A stretch of DNA of 64,000 nucleotides from a virus, in IMG/VR virus record IMGVR_UViG_3300012090_000181, one strand, 5' to 3'. Positions 37,147-46,491 of this stretch are shown piece after piece. The stretch's first letter is position 1, and each line of letters begins with the position of its first letter. Under the pieces are notes generated by a model that was given only the letters and a program-made list of their open reading frames with translations, was not told the origin of the DNA and made no database searches. The position numbers were made by a program, and so were the translations under genes.

Positions 37147-37437
37147 ATGCAGACGCTTTACCACGGCACCAGCGATGCCTGCTGGCAGAAGATCCAGAAT
37201 GAGGGTCTGATCGGGAGCAGGCGCAACGGGACCTTCTTGACCAATGATCTCGACGCAGCCGAAGAATACGGCGGTGTGATCCTGGCGGTCGAAGTTCCTG
37301 ATTTCGAGCGTCAGCCGAATGGCACCATCGCCCCGCCTTTCTTCTTGGACGATTGGCATCGGGACTCGGGAATGCCCGGACAGGCATGGGAGTACGATGC
37401 GCTGATCCCGGCGGACAAGATCACTCGGGTCTGCTGA
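37147..37437 (+). CDS. Small ADP-ribosyltransferase-fold-like protein
   Basis: LYHGTS..KIQNEGL..FLT..AEEYG.V..V pattern; paralog of 60113. Confidence 0.55.
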   Translation: MQTLYHGTSDACWQKIQNEGLIGSRRNGTFLTNDLDAAEEYGGVILAVEVPDFERQPNGTIAPPFFLDDWHRDSGMPGQAWEYDALIPADKITRVC

Positions 37438-37441
37438 CAGC

Positions 37442-37714
37442 TCAGGTGATCGGCAACGGTGATGGTAGATAGATCGTCGGCTTTTCCTTCAGATCCATGC
37501 GTATATCCTCGGGGACGGCGGCGTTCAGCTCACGCTCCATCTCATTCAGGTCCAGGGCGGTCATCCCGAGCAGGTCAGCAAGTGATTTCCGGTCAGCGAT
37601 GAACTGACCATACAGAGCCTCAGGAGTGGTGATCTGGTAGCGGCTGAGCAGCTCGAGCTGATGCGCGTTCAGGGTGCTGAGCTGGTCTATGCCTGTGCCT
37701 TGTCTGATGATCAT
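37442..37714 (-). CDS. Hypothetical protein
   Basis: 90-aa ORF with plausible helical composition. Confidence 0.5.
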   Translation of the reverse strand: MIIRQGTGIDQLSTLNAHQLELLSRYQITTPEALYGQFIADRKSLADLLGMTALDLNEMERELNAAVPEDIRMDLKEKPTIYLPSPLPIT

Positions 37715-37777
37715 GCTCGGATTGTCTCATATCTGCTTGCGTAGCATCGCTTTTATCGCCGACCAGGTCTGAAAAAA

Positions 37778-38029
37778 TCATGGTTCCAGAGGGATCGGCT
37801 CACCGAGGACACCGATTCGACCGGGATCGACACTGATTTCGCCGAGCACCTGCTCGGCCTGATCGAACAGCTCATCGGGGACCTCCAGGTTGAGAGCAAA
37901 GAAAGCAGTCGGCAATGGTTCGCCGATGCTGTCGGTCAGCGGAACATAGCTTGGCTTATGGCTGCTGCATTCACTCTTGACCCCACCACGGGAGTTCCTC
38001 GCCATCCGCATGTACACCGTCACCAGCAT
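37778..38029 (-). CDS. Small phage-type hypothetical protein
   Basis: 83-aa ORF; ALNLEVPDELF pattern. Confidence 0.55.
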   Translation of the reverse strand: MLVTVYMRMARNSRGGVKSECSSHKPSYVPLTDSIGEPLPTAFFALNLEVPDELFDQAEQVLGEISVDPGRIGVLGEPIPLEP

Positions 38030-38121
38030 CCATACAAAGATAAGACGGTTTCCTCTGGCGGATGGATGTTTCAGGCCAAGGACGGTCCAGCCGAGAGACA
38101 GAATGGCCTTATCATCAGTTC

Positions 38122-38382
38122 ATGGCTTTTGATTCCGGCGACAGATTGTCCATCCTTTGGCAAGGCGGCATCACCGAGTGCATCTACGCCGATGACCGCA
38201 AGGGCGGGCGCGTGATCGTGGCTCTCCCGGATCAGGGACCGACCTTGATGGAACGCTCCGAGTTCGGTCGGCACACGTTGAAGCCTGGCATGGGCGAGGC
38301 CTGGGGCACGCCTTTGGATCAGGAGTACGATCGACTTCTGGCAGCCGGCCTGGTCGATGACACCACCGCTCCCGAAGCTTGA
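38122..38382 (+). CDS. Hypothetical protein
   Basis: TATCAT 6 nt before ATG 38122. Confidence 0.6.
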   Translation: MAFDSGDRLSILWQGGITECIYADDRKGGRVIVALPDQGPTLMERSEFGRHTLKPGMGEAWGTPLDQEYDRLLAAGLVDDTTAPEA

Positions 38383-38470
38383 TCGCTCTTTTCCGCGAAG
38401 CTTGAAAACGGTGCTATGTTCTTGCTTCATCGGAGCAGCCTGACAGAGCTGATGTGGTATCTTTGTTCAT

Positions 38471-39013
38471 ATGGCCACGATGCTCGCTGCTTATGAAGAC
38501 AGGCTACGTCAGGCAGATCAAAGTTTCAGCGCTGATGATGCCTGCCGATACCTGCTCGGGATCAGCGCCGATGCCGCTGAGCTGGCACGCGGTCGGCGTA
38601 TCTATCCGGGCGAGGCACGCTGTTGGGAGTATGAGTTGCGCCGTGAAGGTCGATCCGGAGGAACTCTTGAAGTGACCGATGATGGTGTGATCCATTACCA
38701 GCATCCGGACCATATCACCCCGAGTGCCGTCGGCCAGGGGCCTGCCTGCGTCGTCTCCATCGATCAGGTCATCGAGTACCTGGACGAGAGCCATGATTTT
38801 TATGACACCGACCTCAGAAGCAACAAAGAAGCAGCGACCTACCTGGCATTGGCATCCGTGGTGCTGATCATCATCGCCTATCTGGCCAGTGGCGATGTGC
38901 TGACGACCGTGATCGCTGGCCTGATCAGTTGCAGCTGGATGCCTTTTCTGGCAGCGGCCATCCGCTCTGATCGCCGTGCGCTCGAGGGTCTGAGACCGTG
39001 GATCGGCTTCTGA
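38471..39013 (+). CDS. Membrane protein (2 C-terminal TM)
   Basis: TATCTT 7 nt before ATG; hydrophobic C-terminus. Confidence 0.65.
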   Translation: MATMLAAYEDRLRQADQSFSADDACRYLLGISADAAELARGRRIYPGEARCWEYELRREGRSGGTLEVTDDGVIHYQHPDHITPSAVGQGPACVVSIDQVIEYLDESHDFYDTDLRSNKEAATYLALASVVLIIIAYLASGDVLTTVIAGLISCSWMPFLAAAIRSDRRALEGLRPWIGF

Positions 39014-39062
39014 TCAGTGGTGACAGTTATTCGCGGAGAAAAAGAAGCGCTATGATTCTGTC

Positions 39063-39575
39063 ATGGATCGCTCCGAACGTATCCGCAAAGATGGCCTTAT
39101 CGAGGATCCGGTCGAGTTCTACTCCACTCGCGGAGAATATGGCTACATGCCGAACTTCAGTAGGCATAAGATCATCTTGCCGCATCCTTTCACCGGCAAG
39201 ATGATCACCTATAATGATGGCGAGACCCGCTTCCAGGCGATGAAGGCGACCAATGCCGGAGACCACGACCTGATCGTCGCCACGGGCAGACCACGCGAAG
39301 CCAAGCAGATTGGCAGGGAGATCCGATTGCGACCAGGCTGGGGCAGCAGCTACGGAGATCTATGCTGGTACGTGATGGCCGAGTTGATCGTCGCCAAGAG
39401 CATGCAGCATCCACAGATCCAAGAAAGCCTGCTGGCGACCGGAGAACGGGCGATCTGGGAGGATTCTCCGAAGGACAACATCTGGGGTATCCGTAAGGCC
39501 GCCGATTACACCGGCAAGAACCTGCTCGGGCGCGCCTGGATGTATTCACGTCATATCCTGCGTCAAGGTAGATAG
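39063..39575 (+). CDS. NADAR family protein
   Basis: FYS...NFS, FQAMK, AKQIGR, LLATG...EDSPKDNIWG, GKNLLGR; TATGAT 6 nt before ATG. Confidence 0.9.
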   Translation: MDRSERIRKDGLIEDPVEFYSTRGEYGYMPNFSRHKIILPHPFTGKMITYNDGETRFQAMKATNAGDHDLIVATGRPREAKQIGREIRLRPGWGSSYGDLCWYVMAELIVAKSMQHPQIQESLLATGERAIWEDSPKDNIWGIRKAADYTGKNLLGRAWMYSRHILRQGR

Positions 39576-39675
39576 TTCAGGGACGGGAAGTTCCTCCCAC
39601 CTCAACCTCTGATTCATCCGAGGCTGAAAGTGCGCTGATGCGGCCACGCAGCGCTGTTCAGAGCGCTGCCCAAGC

Positions 39676-39704
39676 TTGACAAAAGCATGCCGGATTGCTA
39701 TAAT
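39676..39704 (+). promoter_or_regulatory. Consensus sigma-70/SigA promoter with extended -10, leaderless
   Basis: TTGACA 39676-81, 17 nt, TATAAT 39699-704 preceded by TG; ATG 6 nt later. Confidence 0.9.
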
Positions 39705-39710
39705 GGAGAC

Positions 39711-40514
39711 ATGAAATCAAGCCATCGTTCATCCGCTGAATGTTCTTTCTCCGATCCCGTATCAGACTTCCCTCTGGCCGGCAAAACCGTGGCCGTGGCC
39801 GGAAAGTTCAAGGGGGAGACCAGCGAGGAGATGCAAGGCCGGATCCTTTATGCCGGCGGTATCCCCGTCGACTCGATCACGCCCGAGACCGACTTTCTGA
39901 TCATCGGTACCCGTCCCGGAGCAAAGAAGGCCCAGGCTGAAAATCTGGGAGTGTCCATCCTCGACCAGGACGCCATCGAGAAGACGCTGGCAACCAGCCT
40001 GAATACTTTTCGGGTCTCTCAGGCTCCTTCTGGAACCATCAGTGTAAGCAAGGCGCAGGCCAAGGCCCTGATCATCGGATTGCTGCAATATGATCTGTTG
40101 TGTGGTTGCCTGCGATTGAGCGAGCCGGAATATGCCATGCATGATCTGACCCCGTTCCTGAAGCAGAGCCAGGCCAAGAACTTCTTCACCTCCGTGGCCA
40201 ACTCCGCGAATAAAGGAGATAAACTCCAGCTTGATCTGGACAAGATGCTCAAAAACAAGGCCGAGGTGGGTAAAGCCGAGGTGCAGGCGATGATAGATGA
40301 TGTGATGTCCTGGTTCGTCGGTGGAGACACTCTGGCAGATTTCGAGGGCCAGGCCGTGCCCTGGACGGACGAGGTCAACGGGCTGTCATTCGACTGGCAT
40401 GTGACTGCTGTCGAGATCCTGAAACTGGCCGACGCTCAGGGCATGAAAGCAAGCCAGGACTCCATCAGAAAGCACTTTCCTGAGGCCGTGCCGGCGCTGT
40501 TCGGCAGCAACTGA
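39711..40514 (+). CDS. BRCT-domain protein
   Basis: LAGKTVAVAGKF...GG...SITPETDFLIIG..PGAKK..AENLGV (LigA-type BRCT) plus unknown C-terminal domain. Confidence 0.8.
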   Translation: MKSSHRSSAECSFSDPVSDFPLAGKTVAVAGKFKGETSEEMQGRILYAGGIPVDSITPETDFLIIGTRPGAKKAQAENLGVSILDQDAIEKTLATSLNTFRVSQAPSGTISVSKAQAKALIIGLLQYDLLCGCLRLSEPEYAMHDLTPFLKQSQAKNFFTSVANSANKGDKLQLDLDKMLKNKAEVGKAEVQAMIDDVMSWFVGGDTLADFEGQAVPWTDEVNGLSFDWHVTAVEILKLADAQGMKASQDSIRKHFPEAVPALFGSN

Positions 40515-40586
40515 CCGCAGGGCTTCAGGTTATCATCGGTGATGACAAAAGTTGCATCTTCCTGCCGATGATGCTATCCTGAGGAC

Positions 40587-41084
40587 ATGGCCCGAGGCGG
40601 AGCAGACAAGAGCGCCCTCCCTGATCTGCAAGGATTGGTAAGCGTTCGAGGCGAGGCACGCAGTATCCCGGTGATCTCTGTCGAGACCCGCAAGGTCTCC
40701 GACCGTCTGGGCTGGGACTGGGACGAGAAGACGATCTATGCTTCAGGTGGACGGATGAAGCGTCAGCCAACGCATTTTCTGGCCGGCTGCATCTACGTCA
40801 CCGTCAGTCACGAGGATGGCAGATATGTGGTCAAGCGCCAACAGCAGCAGGTCCGCTCACGCGGCTGGCGCTTCGGCGATACGGTTCTTGAGACTTTGTA
40901 TGAAGGCGACAACATCAATCGAGCAGCTTCGGTGGCCAACGCCGCCTGGAGCGAGCTACGTGCTGATGGCGTCGAATGGTTGCCTCCGGCCAAGAGCGAG
41001 GAACCTGACGTCGAGCTGTTGAAAGAAGGTCAGTTCAAGCAGTCCGTCGAGGAAAGCCTGCCCCGGCGGCAGCATCTCGCCTGA
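40587..41084 (+). CDS. MARG-start hypothetical protein
   Basis: MARGGAD; TATCCT 6 nt before ATG. Confidence 0.7.
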   Translation: MARGGADKSALPDLQGLVSVRGEARSIPVISVETRKVSDRLGWDWDEKTIYASGGRMKRQPTHFLAGCIYVTVSHEDGRYVVKRQQQQVRSRGWRFGDTVLETLYEGDNINRAASVANAAWSELRADGVEWLPPAKSEEPDVELLKEGQFKQSVEESLPRRQHLA

Positions 41085-42152
41085 TCAGTTCCATGCTCGA
41101 CGATGGCGATGCGGGTGACCTTTTTGATGTCGCTTCTGAACCGGCTTGCGGACGAAAGTGACCTGGAATACGGGATCGGATGTCGTGGAGACAGTACAGC
41201 TGATGCGCTTGTGCTTGACCGGATGAGCGAGGCAGCCGCCGCTCCAGCGGACGAACCTGAATCCTTTACGCGGGGTTGCCATCGCTGTCAGCTGGACGCC
41301 GATCAGCGTCTGCCGGGTGCATGAATGCCCGCAACGGATCGGACCATCGCTGACGAAGCCCTTGCCCTTGAACTGTAGGCTTATCGGGATGCGGGTCTGG
41401 TAGGCATTACTGCCTGCACCGTCGGCGACCGCAGCGTCCCAGGTATAATACCAATCAGGAGCCGGGCTGGCGGCGGTGCTGGCCATCAACCAGGTATATC
41501 CAGGTTGTCCGGACGGGTCTGTCCCGGTTGCGGTGCCCAGTGAGGAGACCATCCCACTGCGTCCGTTGTCTCCGAGAATGTTGTTCCGATGTCCCCAGCA
41601 ACCGCTGGTATCGCCATCTGTACAATCGATGTTGGTGCTACCAGGCCCATCGTCATACATCCATTCGTAGTAGGCTTCCAGGGCATTGACCTGGCCACCG
41701 GCCCAGTTCGACCACCAGGTGTAAGACATCCCAAGATCGAACCCACTGCCGGAGCTCAGTGTCGGATCAGCGTCGGCGGTCACCCCTTGCATCGCAGCCG
41801 CGTCCAAGGCACTGTTCAGTCCGCCGATCGGTGCCAGACCATAATCAGCCCGGTCAAGATTGCTGAGTATCAGCAGTTGCTGGCCGTCGGTCAAGGAAGG
41901 GAAATCAGCAGGCAAGGCATAAGCCGGCAGACCGAGGATCGCATGTGCCTGGTTCAGATATTCGATCACCGAGTTCTCACACTCGAGGCTGCGTGCGCCG
42001 GAAGATCCGGAAGCACAAGCCGCAGGTAAGGGGCCGTGAGTGATGTTGGCTCCAGGGTCGGGGACATCAGCACCCGCATCGGTAGCGAAGATCAGGACGA
42101 AGATCAGCAAGCAAGTCGCCAATACTGCTTGCAACTTGTATCTGCCCGCCAT
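41085..42152 (-). CDS. Secreted CAP/SCP-like protein with C-terminal B-repeat-like domain
   Basis: Signal peptide; LNQAHA, NLDRA, WMYDDG..N..C...CWGHRNNIL; ATPRKGFRFVRWSGGC. Confidence 0.7.
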   Translation of the reverse strand: MAGRYKLQAVLATCLLIFVLIFATDAGADVPDPGANITHGPLPAACASGSSGARSLECENSVIEYLNQAHAILGLPAYALPADFPSLTDGQQLLILSNLDRADYGLAPIGGLNSALDAAAMQGVTADADPTLSSGSGFDLGMSYTWWSNWAGGQVNALEAYYEWMYDDGPGSTNIDCTDGDTSGCWGHRNNILGDNGRSGMVSSLGTATGTDPSGQPGYTWLMASTAASPAPDWYYTWDAAVADGAGSNAYQTRIPISLQFKGKGFVSDGPIRCGHSCTRQTLIGVQLTAMATPRKGFRFVRWSGGCLAHPVKHKRISCTVSTTSDPVFQVTFVRKPVQKRHQKGHPHRHRRAWN

Positions 42153-42282
42153 GCGCCGATCATGCCGAATGCCTGTCTGCCGAATCCGGCTTTTCGCATT
42201 CGGCTCCTGGACATCGTCTTGTGATGCGAGCTGCTTCCGACAGTATCTCCTGACAGAACTCGGTATCTGCTCTTACCGAAAA

Positions 42283-43329
42283 TCAATGAGCTACGAACCC
42301 CGATACTTTGACGCCCAGCAATCTGACCGGTTTCTTCGGATCGTATCTGCGCAATAGGGCCTCGGCGATCTCGAAGATGAGAGCTGGGTCATCGGTGGCT
42401 TCCGGAAGCGTCTTTGCCCTGGTCACTGTGGTGAAGTCCTTGTGTTTGAGCTTGATCGCTATCGTCCGCCCCTTCTGATCACGCTCCCGTAGTTGTGCTC
42501 CCAGCTTGTCGGCCTGTTCGCGTAACGCTTCGATCATCAAGGTGATCCCGAGCAGGTCACGATCGAAAGTGGTCTCGACCGACCGTGATCGCGCCACCCG
42601 TTGTGCGATCGGGTCATCGCTCAGGAGCCGGCCTTTCAGCGACAGTTCTTGTCCGCGCCGGGTCCCGAAAGAACGTTGCAACTGTTCAGGCGGCACCGCT
42701 CCGAGATCGGCTATCGTCAGCAGGCCGAGTTCTTTCAGACGGGCATCGGTCTTCGGTCCTATCCCGGGAATCAGCTTGACCGGTTCCTCGGACAATCGTC
42801 TTCGGGCCTGATCCAGGGTGAGGACCACGAAGCCGCGCGGCTTGTCGAGATCTGATGCGATCTTGGCCACCAGCTTGTTCGGGCCGATGCCGACTGACGC
42901 ATCCAGGCCAAGCTGATTTTTGATCTCACGGATCAACCGCTTGGCGGTGTCGACCGGGAAGTTTGCCCTGGTCAGGTCAAGATAGACCTCATCGACGCTG
43001 GCCCGTTCCCACTCGACATGTAGTTCTTCGATCAGCTCCATCACCTCGGCAGAGCGCTCACGATAATAGGCCATATCCACCGGTAAGAAGATCGCTCGAG
43101 GGCATAGCCGCCGCGCCGTCGCCGCCGGCATTCCCGACCCGACCCCTTTCTCACGGGCCTGATAGGAGGCGGTGGCGACGACTGCTCGCGGACCGGAACC
43201 GGCGATGATCACCGGTTTTCCGACCAGCTCCGGTTTTCTGAAAGTCTCACAGGAGACGAAGAAAGCATCCAGATCGATATGTGCGATCGTCCGCTCCTGT
43301 CCATCAGAAGGATGCACTGAAGTATTCAT
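42283..43329 (-). CDS. dinB: DNA polymerase IV
   Basis: IAHIDLDAFF, VATASYQAR..GV.SGMP, SVDEVYLD, NKLVAKIASD, IPGIGPKT, little-finger domain. Confidence 0.95.
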   Translation of the reverse strand: MNTSVHPSDGQERTIAHIDLDAFFVSCETFRKPELVGKPVIIAGSGPRAVVATASYQAREKGVGSGMPAATARRLCPRAIFLPVDMAYYRERSAEVMELIEELHVEWERASVDEVYLDLTRANFPVDTAKRLIREIKNQLGLDASVGIGPNKLVAKIASDLDKPRGFVVLTLDQARRRLSEEPVKLIPGIGPKTDARLKELGLLTIADLGAVPPEQLQRSFGTRRGQELSLKGRLLSDDPIAQRVARSRSVETTFDRDLLGITLMIEALREQADKLGAQLRERDQKGRTIAIKLKHKDFTTVTRAKTLPEATDDPALIFEIAEALLRRYDPKKPVRLLGVKVSGFVAH

Positions 43330-43401
43330 GAGCGAAGACTAGCTTGCGGACGGCGTAGAGGCAGCCGTTGATGACGGACATGGTGAGAGCTTGCCGGCCG
43401 G

Positions 43402-43803
43402 TCAGGATCCTTGAGCCGCGATCTGCCCGCCTCGTTCGCAGATCAGCTCCGCAGTGGCTTCGCCTAATGGCGAGGGCCTCCAGCACAGGTCTTGCCTGGT
43501 GTCGGCCTTGGCCAGGCTTTTTGCCGACGCATGGATCAGCCCTTCGTGGATCAACTGGGACAATGCATCGCTGCCTGGGCTGTTCTCCCCGGCCGAGTGC
43601 ACCGGTCGGGCAAGCTCGGCACCGGTCAGTTCTTTTTGCTCCCGGACAAGTCGCGCGATCGACAGCTGGGCAGATGCTGACAGCCGGTTCAAGATGGCTG
43701 AGGCCATCAGCCGCATCGAATGGTATCTGGATCGCTCGTAGTCAGACAGTTCATGACCAATCGGTTGCTTCAGATCAGATGAGATATTGCCTCCTCTGCC
43801 CAT
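43402..43803 (-). CDS. MGRG-start protein with wHTH-like C-terminus
   Basis: ALSQLIHEGLI...WRPSPLG; TAGGCT 6 nt before ATG. Confidence 0.6.
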   Translation of the reverse strand: MGRGGNISSDLKQPIGHELSDYERSRYHSMRLMASAILNRLSASAQLSIARLVREQKELTGAELARPVHSAGENSPGSDALSQLIHEGLIHASAKSLAKADTRQDLCWRPSPLGEATAELICERGGQIAAQGS

Positions 43804-43886
43804 GAACTCAGCCTAGCAAAGGATGATGACCGAGCTGGCTTTGCGCTTCGGCAGACTTCCGACAATGGTTGTGATAAGCTGTATGA

Positions 43887-44192
43887 ATGCGCGTACCGAT
43901 GCTTGGCAGCCGGCGAACCCAGCGAATAGCCGAAAGAAAAAGGCAGTTGCTGGGGCTGATGATCGATCCAGATGTCTCCGACACCGACAAGTATCAAGCG
44001 GTGATCGAAGCGCCGGACGACTGGGTCAGCGACGATACGACACCACTCGGTCGAGCCGCCTCGAAGATCATCCGTGAGATCGACTCGGATCGAAACATGA
44101 TCTTGGCGCTGGGCATCTACTCGCGTATCGACGACGATGGTCGGAGGCGGAAATCCGGAGACAATCTCTGGACACGCCTTCTCTCGATTTGA
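43887..44192 (+). CDS. Hypothetical protein
   Basis: TAAGCT 6 nt before ATG. Confidence 0.55.
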   Translation: MRVPMLGSRRTQRIAERKRQLLGLMIDPDVSDTDKYQAVIEAPDDWVSDDTTPLGRAASKIIREIDSDRNMILALGIYSRIDDDGRRRKSGDNLWTRLLSI

Positions 44193-44247
44193 CCGAGGCG
44201 ATACAAGCTGATATGCTGTTTGGATCAACCACTATTTGGAGGCAACA

Positions 44248-44432
44248 AGATGGTATCTGACAGTATCTTGACTCAAATTCAGGAAACCGGCGTGGCTGCT
44301 CTGAGCGGAAGGATGCCGCTGAAGACTTCGGACCTGGTCGAAATCTGCACCAGTCTCGGCATCGACGGCGACAAGCTCGTCATCAACGGGCTGCCTTGTG
44401 GCGGTGCCCAGATTCAGGTGATCGAGGACTGA
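44248..44432 (+). CDS. Small protein, one copy of the repeat in 44584
   Basis: Shine-Dalgarno ggagg; LKTSDLVEICTSLGIDGDKLVI. Confidence 0.6.
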
Positions 44433-44583
44433 TAGGCCCTTCGGAACTCACGACAGGCTCGGTAGATGCGTGGGTCGGCAAGGCTCCTGACTTTGTCGGC
44501 CCACTCCGTGCAGACGCGACTTGACCTGGGCCATCAGGTTTGCTATCTTGTCCTCAGCCGATATTTTTCTTGAAAGGAAGACC

Positions 44584-44952
44584 ATGCTTATCCCGAAACA
44601 GATCGAAGAACTTGCGGCCGATGGCCAGACCATTCATCGTCAGATCCAGCTGGGAGAACTCTGTGCCGAGGATCTGATCGACGCTTGTGATGAGTTGGAC
44701 GTCGAACCGCAGCATCTGCTCATCCAGGTCGGCAAGAACAGAGCGTTGGTTCTGCATCGTACGGATCGCCGGCTTGGCGAGGCTCTCACCGATTTGAAGC
44801 AGCAAGGCCAGGCCGCTGTCGGAGCAGGCAATCTGAGTGGGCTGTCTGCCGCCGAGATCATCGGCGTGTGTTCACAGCTCGGAAAGCATCCGAGCCGACT
44901 GCTGATCCAGGCCACGTCAGACCAGGGTGTCGTCAACCTCGCCTCGATCTGA
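44584..44952 (+). CDS. Small protein with two internal repeats
   Basis: LCAEDLIDACDELDVEPQHLLIQ and LSAAEIIGVCSQLGKHPSRLLIQ; purine-rich RBS. Confidence 0.6.
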   Translation: MLIPKQIEELAADGQTIHRQIQLGELCAEDLIDACDELDVEPQHLLIQVGKNRALVLHRTDRRLGEALTDLKQQGQAAVGAGNLSGLSAAEIIGVCSQLGKHPSRLLIQATSDQGVVNLASI

Positions 44953-45014
44953 TTGACGTCTGCCCCGGTCTTTGATAGGCTACGACCAATACCCGACACA
45001 AGCTGATAGGAGTT

Positions 45015-45320
45015 ATGATGATTCATTCTGATTTCAACTTCCCGACGATGATGCTCTTGCTGGCGATCAGCCTCGGTGTCGGCTATGGTGCCTGGAGGCG
45101 ACGTGAGCATCTGTGGGCACTGGGATGCGCCGGTTTCGCGCTCTTTCTCCTTTGGCCTGCGTGGCCGCAGGAGGCCTATCAGGCTCTGCGCAGTTTTATC
45201 ACCCTGAACCCGGAAGGGGCGAAGCTGCTGGCAGCGGTAGTCTTCTGCGCGGTCTGCGCTTATGGGCTGAAGCATATCATCTTCGGCGACAAGCGGACCA
45301 AGAATAAGCACTGGTTCTAG
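45015..45320 (+). CDS. Membrane protein (3 TM)
   Basis: Hydrophobic helices, basic tail. Confidence 0.6.
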   Translation: MMIHSDFNFPTMMLLLAISLGVGYGAWRRREHLWALGCAGFALFLLWPAWPQEAYQALRSFITLNPEGAKLLAAVVFCAVCAYGLKHIIFGDKRTKNKHWF

Positions 45321-45372
45321 GAACTCGAACCACAAAACCGGCGCTGGGACCGGCGAAGGTTATCCTTGAATC

Positions 45373-46332
45373 ATGGGACGAGGCAATGGTGCGGAAGAGA
45401 TCCTCTATGGCCAGGTAGGCCCGCGTTCTTTCTCGGAAGATCGCCTCTTGAGCGAGCTGTATGCCGAGATCCGCAAGCATGCGCAAGATGGAGGCCTGCA
45501 TGGATTGAGCAGTGTCCCCGAAGACTTCTTCCCTTTCCTGGCCATCGAAGCAGCTTCCATCGACGCTGACGTGCCTGATCCTCGGATAGGTCAGATGATC
45601 AGGCACGTCGGAGAATGGATCTGTTCTGACAGTGTGACCGCTGATACCGTCCAAGCTGCTTACCAGCTGTTGGCCTATGCTCCGGCCATCGCATACGGGA
45701 CGCAGGCCGACGGGAGCCGGCTTGATGACACTTATCAGCGCCTGCTACAGAAGTGTCTGGCCTACAAGATGGCCTATGTCAATCCGGAGCGGGAAGCATT
45801 GGACAATCGGATCATGGAGTTGATGCAGGCTCGTGATCTGAAACCGAAAGTGCTGCCTCGATTGACCGCCAAATCAGAGAAGACGCATCTTGGGCCGACG
45901 CATTACATGGACAAGAGCGGTAAGATGACTGCTTGTGGCTGCGAGATCCGCTTCACCGGGAATCAAGGAGCGGACGGCTGGGTCTCGGACATCGCCCGCT
46001 CTGATCCAGCCGCACTGTCAGCTTCTGATGGTGAGGCCGGCGATCCTACCTGTCGTCGCTGCGCCGGCAAAGACATCGCCGAAGTGGGTACTGCGCCCTT
46101 GGCTTTTGACGAGCAAAGCTCTCATCTGTCCCGTGCGATAGACACCGAAGTTCCACGGAAGATGCTGACCGAGTTTGCCCGAAGGGAGCCAAGCCATCCA
46201 TTGGGCATACAGAAGATGATCGAAAAGGAAATATGGTCAGTTGCCGTGCGCTCGCTGCTCTTGGAGGAGCCGCTCAGTGATCATGACCTGGATTACCTCG
46301 CCGAGCTTGAACCAGGCGACGTGATCATCTGA
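45373..46332 (+). CDS. ILYG-tagged family C protein (Zn motif)
   Basis: MGRGNGAEEILYG; QLLAYAP; H..TACG...CRRC; TATCCT 6 nt before ATG. Confidence 0.8.
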   Translation: MGRGNGAEEILYGQVGPRSFSEDRLLSELYAEIRKHAQDGGLHGLSSVPEDFFPFLAIEAASIDADVPDPRIGQMIRHVGEWICSDSVTADTVQAAYQLLAYAPAIAYGTQADGSRLDDTYQRLLQKCLAYKMAYVNPEREALDNRIMELMQARDLKPKVLPRLTAKSEKTHLGPTHYMDKSGKMTACGCEIRFTGNQGADGWVSDIARSDPAALSASDGEAGDPTCRRCAGKDIAEVGTAPLAFDEQSSHLSRAIDTEVPRKMLTEFARREPSHPLGIQKMIEKEIWSVAVRSLLLEEPLSDHDLDYLAELEPGDVII

Positions 46333-46491
46333 GCAGGTAGGCGTTCTGAAAGAGTTACGGCATGGGTTCTTTTGGTCTGCTTCCAGCTCCGAGTTACCCG
46401 CCGTGATCTGGCCGGCGGGCCATCCAGTTGCCGATTTCAGTGAAAATCTCAGTTTTTCCTGAAAGACGGCCTGAGCTGGTACAATCAGTAG

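Noticed and set aside
39711-40514. RILYAG counted as an ILYG tag
   Set aside because: Lies inside the BRCT fold, reads ILYA and lacks the preceding acidic residue
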